DNA of 64,000 bases from Podarcis melisellensis. Lineage: Eukaryota. The position numbers and the translations under genes were made by a program. A model generated the notes under the pieces. That model ran no database searches. It saw nothing but the letters and a program-made list of their open reading frames with translations, and was not told where the DNA came from. The stretch is from assembly GCA_964234715.1 (NCBI GenBank), contig OZ174279.1, one strand, 5' to 3'. Positions 61,696 to 64,000 of this stretch are shown in pieces. Each line of letters opens with the position of its first letter. The stretch's first letter is position 1.

Positions 61696-63225
61696 CTTGA
61701 ACTCATTACTGGTTAAGCAAAAGCAGAAAATGGCCCTGGGAATAGAAGCATATAGATGAATAAGCAACAGTTCAATGTGGGAGTGATGGGGCGCCCAACA
61801 TGTGACTGATCAGCTTTTCAAAATAAAGAAGCAATTCAGTAAATTCCCTAAAATATATGCATCTTTATAATAACTGCACCACATTGAAATCTGCTGCTGC
61901 TGTTTAAAAATGTGACAAAACATTTTTACTTGTGTTTCCATTTTACCTTCAGCCACAGCTTCCAGCCCCATTTTGGCCCTCACAGTTCAGGCTCGTCTCA
62001 TAAAGATAATAAATTGTTTCAGTTTTGCTTGTTGAAACAAGTGAACAATTCTAATGATAGAATCCTCTAGGATTTGTTGCTAGAGTCTTAATACAGTTGC
62101 AAATGAGATCCATTTCTAGAGAAGAAAATACAATTTGGTGGCCTACTGCTAATCCTGTTGACCGTCTCCAGATTGAAGTAGCTACCTACAGTCTTTTAGA
62201 TTAACAGCCTGAAAATCTACATAAACTCACATTTCACAGTTTGAATATTCAAAGATGCTTATATTTACACACTATAATCATATGCTATATTTTATTTTAT
62301 TTTACCTTTTTAATGTACCTGCAGCCACTCATTTTCCACTTAAGCCCTATAGTTTTTAAATACAAACTTGCAGGGATACCAGAAGGCAGGTTGGGGAGCT
62401 GGGGGACCTGATTGTGAACTGTTTTCGAATGCCTGGGACGACCGAACCACTGCTGCAGATTGTGAGAGATTGTAATTTGGTAATTAATGATAAACTTCGG
62501 TAATTAAGCAGTATATAAATAGCTTCAAAATAAAGATCCTGGATAGTTAATAGTTAAGCTGCCTCACATGCTTTCCCTCAGTTCTGGCATGGTATGAGAC
62601 CCTCAGTTCCACAGCAGTCTTGCCACCATCTATGTCCATATTGACCCCACTTCCTTGGGTATCACTTTTTAGGTCCAGTTTGATCACAGGGTGTCTTACA
62701 GTGGGAAGGGATCAGGTTTGAAAGCAGATTATTTGTTGTGATTCAAAACCTCATACTAATATTTCCAGAACCCTTTTCTGGTCACAGATGAAAGGGTTCA
62801 TAACTTGAGAAAGTTGTTTATTTGTTTCTTTTTTTTAAAAAAAATAATGTTTAAAGGCCAAGTGCTGATTAATAGGTTGCAGATAACGCTGCTCCTTTAT
62901 ACATATAGTCTTGTTCATAAATCGTGGTAATGTTAGGGGCACGAGGGCACCTTACAGAAGCCTTAAAAGAAAGCTAATCAAAGCAGATAGCTCTAGCAGT
63001 CTGTTCCATTGTGTGTGAATATGTATACTTTGTATGTTTGTGTGAGTGTATGTATGTGTGTCTGCGTGTGCGATCAGTGTCACAGCATGTAGATTGATCT
63101 TGGGAACATACTGAGGAGGACTTGCACCTCTTGAAAATAATATGCTTATTGCTTTCCAATGTATGTAAACTATTCAGCAATGTAAAGGCATTCATACTTT
63201 AATAAAAAAAAGGTTTGAATCAAAG
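61696..63225 (+). other. PID1: Probable PID1 3'UTR
   Basis: Follows the stop codon; no obvious TE copies; ends at AATAAA 63201-63206 followed by U-rich sequence. End point inferred. Confidence 0.65.
63201..63206 (+). terminator. Polyadenylation signal AATAAA (likely distal PID1 site)
   Basis: AATAAA preceded by several TGTA motifs (63160-63184) and followed by U/GU-rich sequence (63231-63275). Other AATAAA copies at 61822, 62008, 62529. Confidence 0.65.
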
Positions 63226-64000
63226 ATAAATAATTTTAGGCTCTTTGATTTTATGCGTACATTCCTGTTTTATTTCAAATACCATGTCTCACTTTTAATA
63301 TGCCACTTTACAACGGTAATTTAACTAATTCAAAGTTCTGCTGCAGCATATTAATGGAAGCTTAATATGACTAATATGACTAAAATAACCATCTTACCCT
63401 CTAATTAATTGCAATATTTATTTTATCATTTTCCACTGAACATTAAACCTCAAATTATTGCATTTTAAAATGAGCATATACTTTTATTTTGGTATGTGTG
63501 GACGTCCCTAATTTGGCATTCAGAGCCAGAGCTGTAAAGTATGTCGGAACTGGTGGTAGTGAGATGCTCTTTCTGATTTGCTGTCCCTTGCTCCTTTCTC
63601 TCCACCTCATTTCTGTGGAAGGACAACAGCCTATCTTTCCTACCACTATTCTTTTCAAATAGTCTGCTGCTGACTAGGAGGGCAAGGTATCTGAAGATGC
63701 ATGCTCAAACACGGGGGTACTTTACATGTCATGTTAAACCATACTTCATTTTAAGCTATGGTTTAATGGCAATGTATCCAACCAGTTCCCACTGTTTCCA
63801 GGAAGCTTTCTGAGAAACCAGCTTTGCAAATTCACCCTTTGCCATAGTGCCCACATTTGTCTACATAATTGTTGGGGTGCCAATTGCTTAAGCTGCTTGT
63901 GAAGGTCTTTTTGCATGAATCACATTGCTAAAATGTGTGTTTTCTTGGCCTAGAAAGAAGTTGGATTCATAATGGTTCTTTTTATTTTAAAAATCCACTT

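Overview
Vertebrate genomic DNA from a squamate reptile, most likely a lacertid lizard (Sauria SINE, Squam3-type SINEs with (CTT)n tails, BovB and squamate L2). The window holds the 3' part of PID1 on the + strand: a 147-nt internal coding exon (4819-4965), a ~56-kb intron (4966-61218, containing a 154-N gap) and the terminal exon (CDS 61219-61695, 3'UTR probably to ~63.2 kb). The first coding exon lies upstream of the window. The intron is a mosaic of LINE remnants (L2, CR1, L1, RTE/BovB, Penelope-like), SINEs, hAT and Tc1/mariner-type MITEs (several nested) and one solo LTR. Best leads for something undescribed: (1) a CpG-rich, multi-helix ~200-nt module at 59430-59640 with a consensus splice donor in frame with the PID1 last exon and its own 81-nt mini-intron; (2) a 28-nt CORE-SINE-derived micro-exon (14944-14971) that would truncate PID1 without triggering NMD; (3) a sense-oriented solo LTR with a duplicated octamer/CCAAT unit (45559-45851). 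All three are hypotheses from sequence inspection only. Repeat family names and human comparisons are from memory, not searches.
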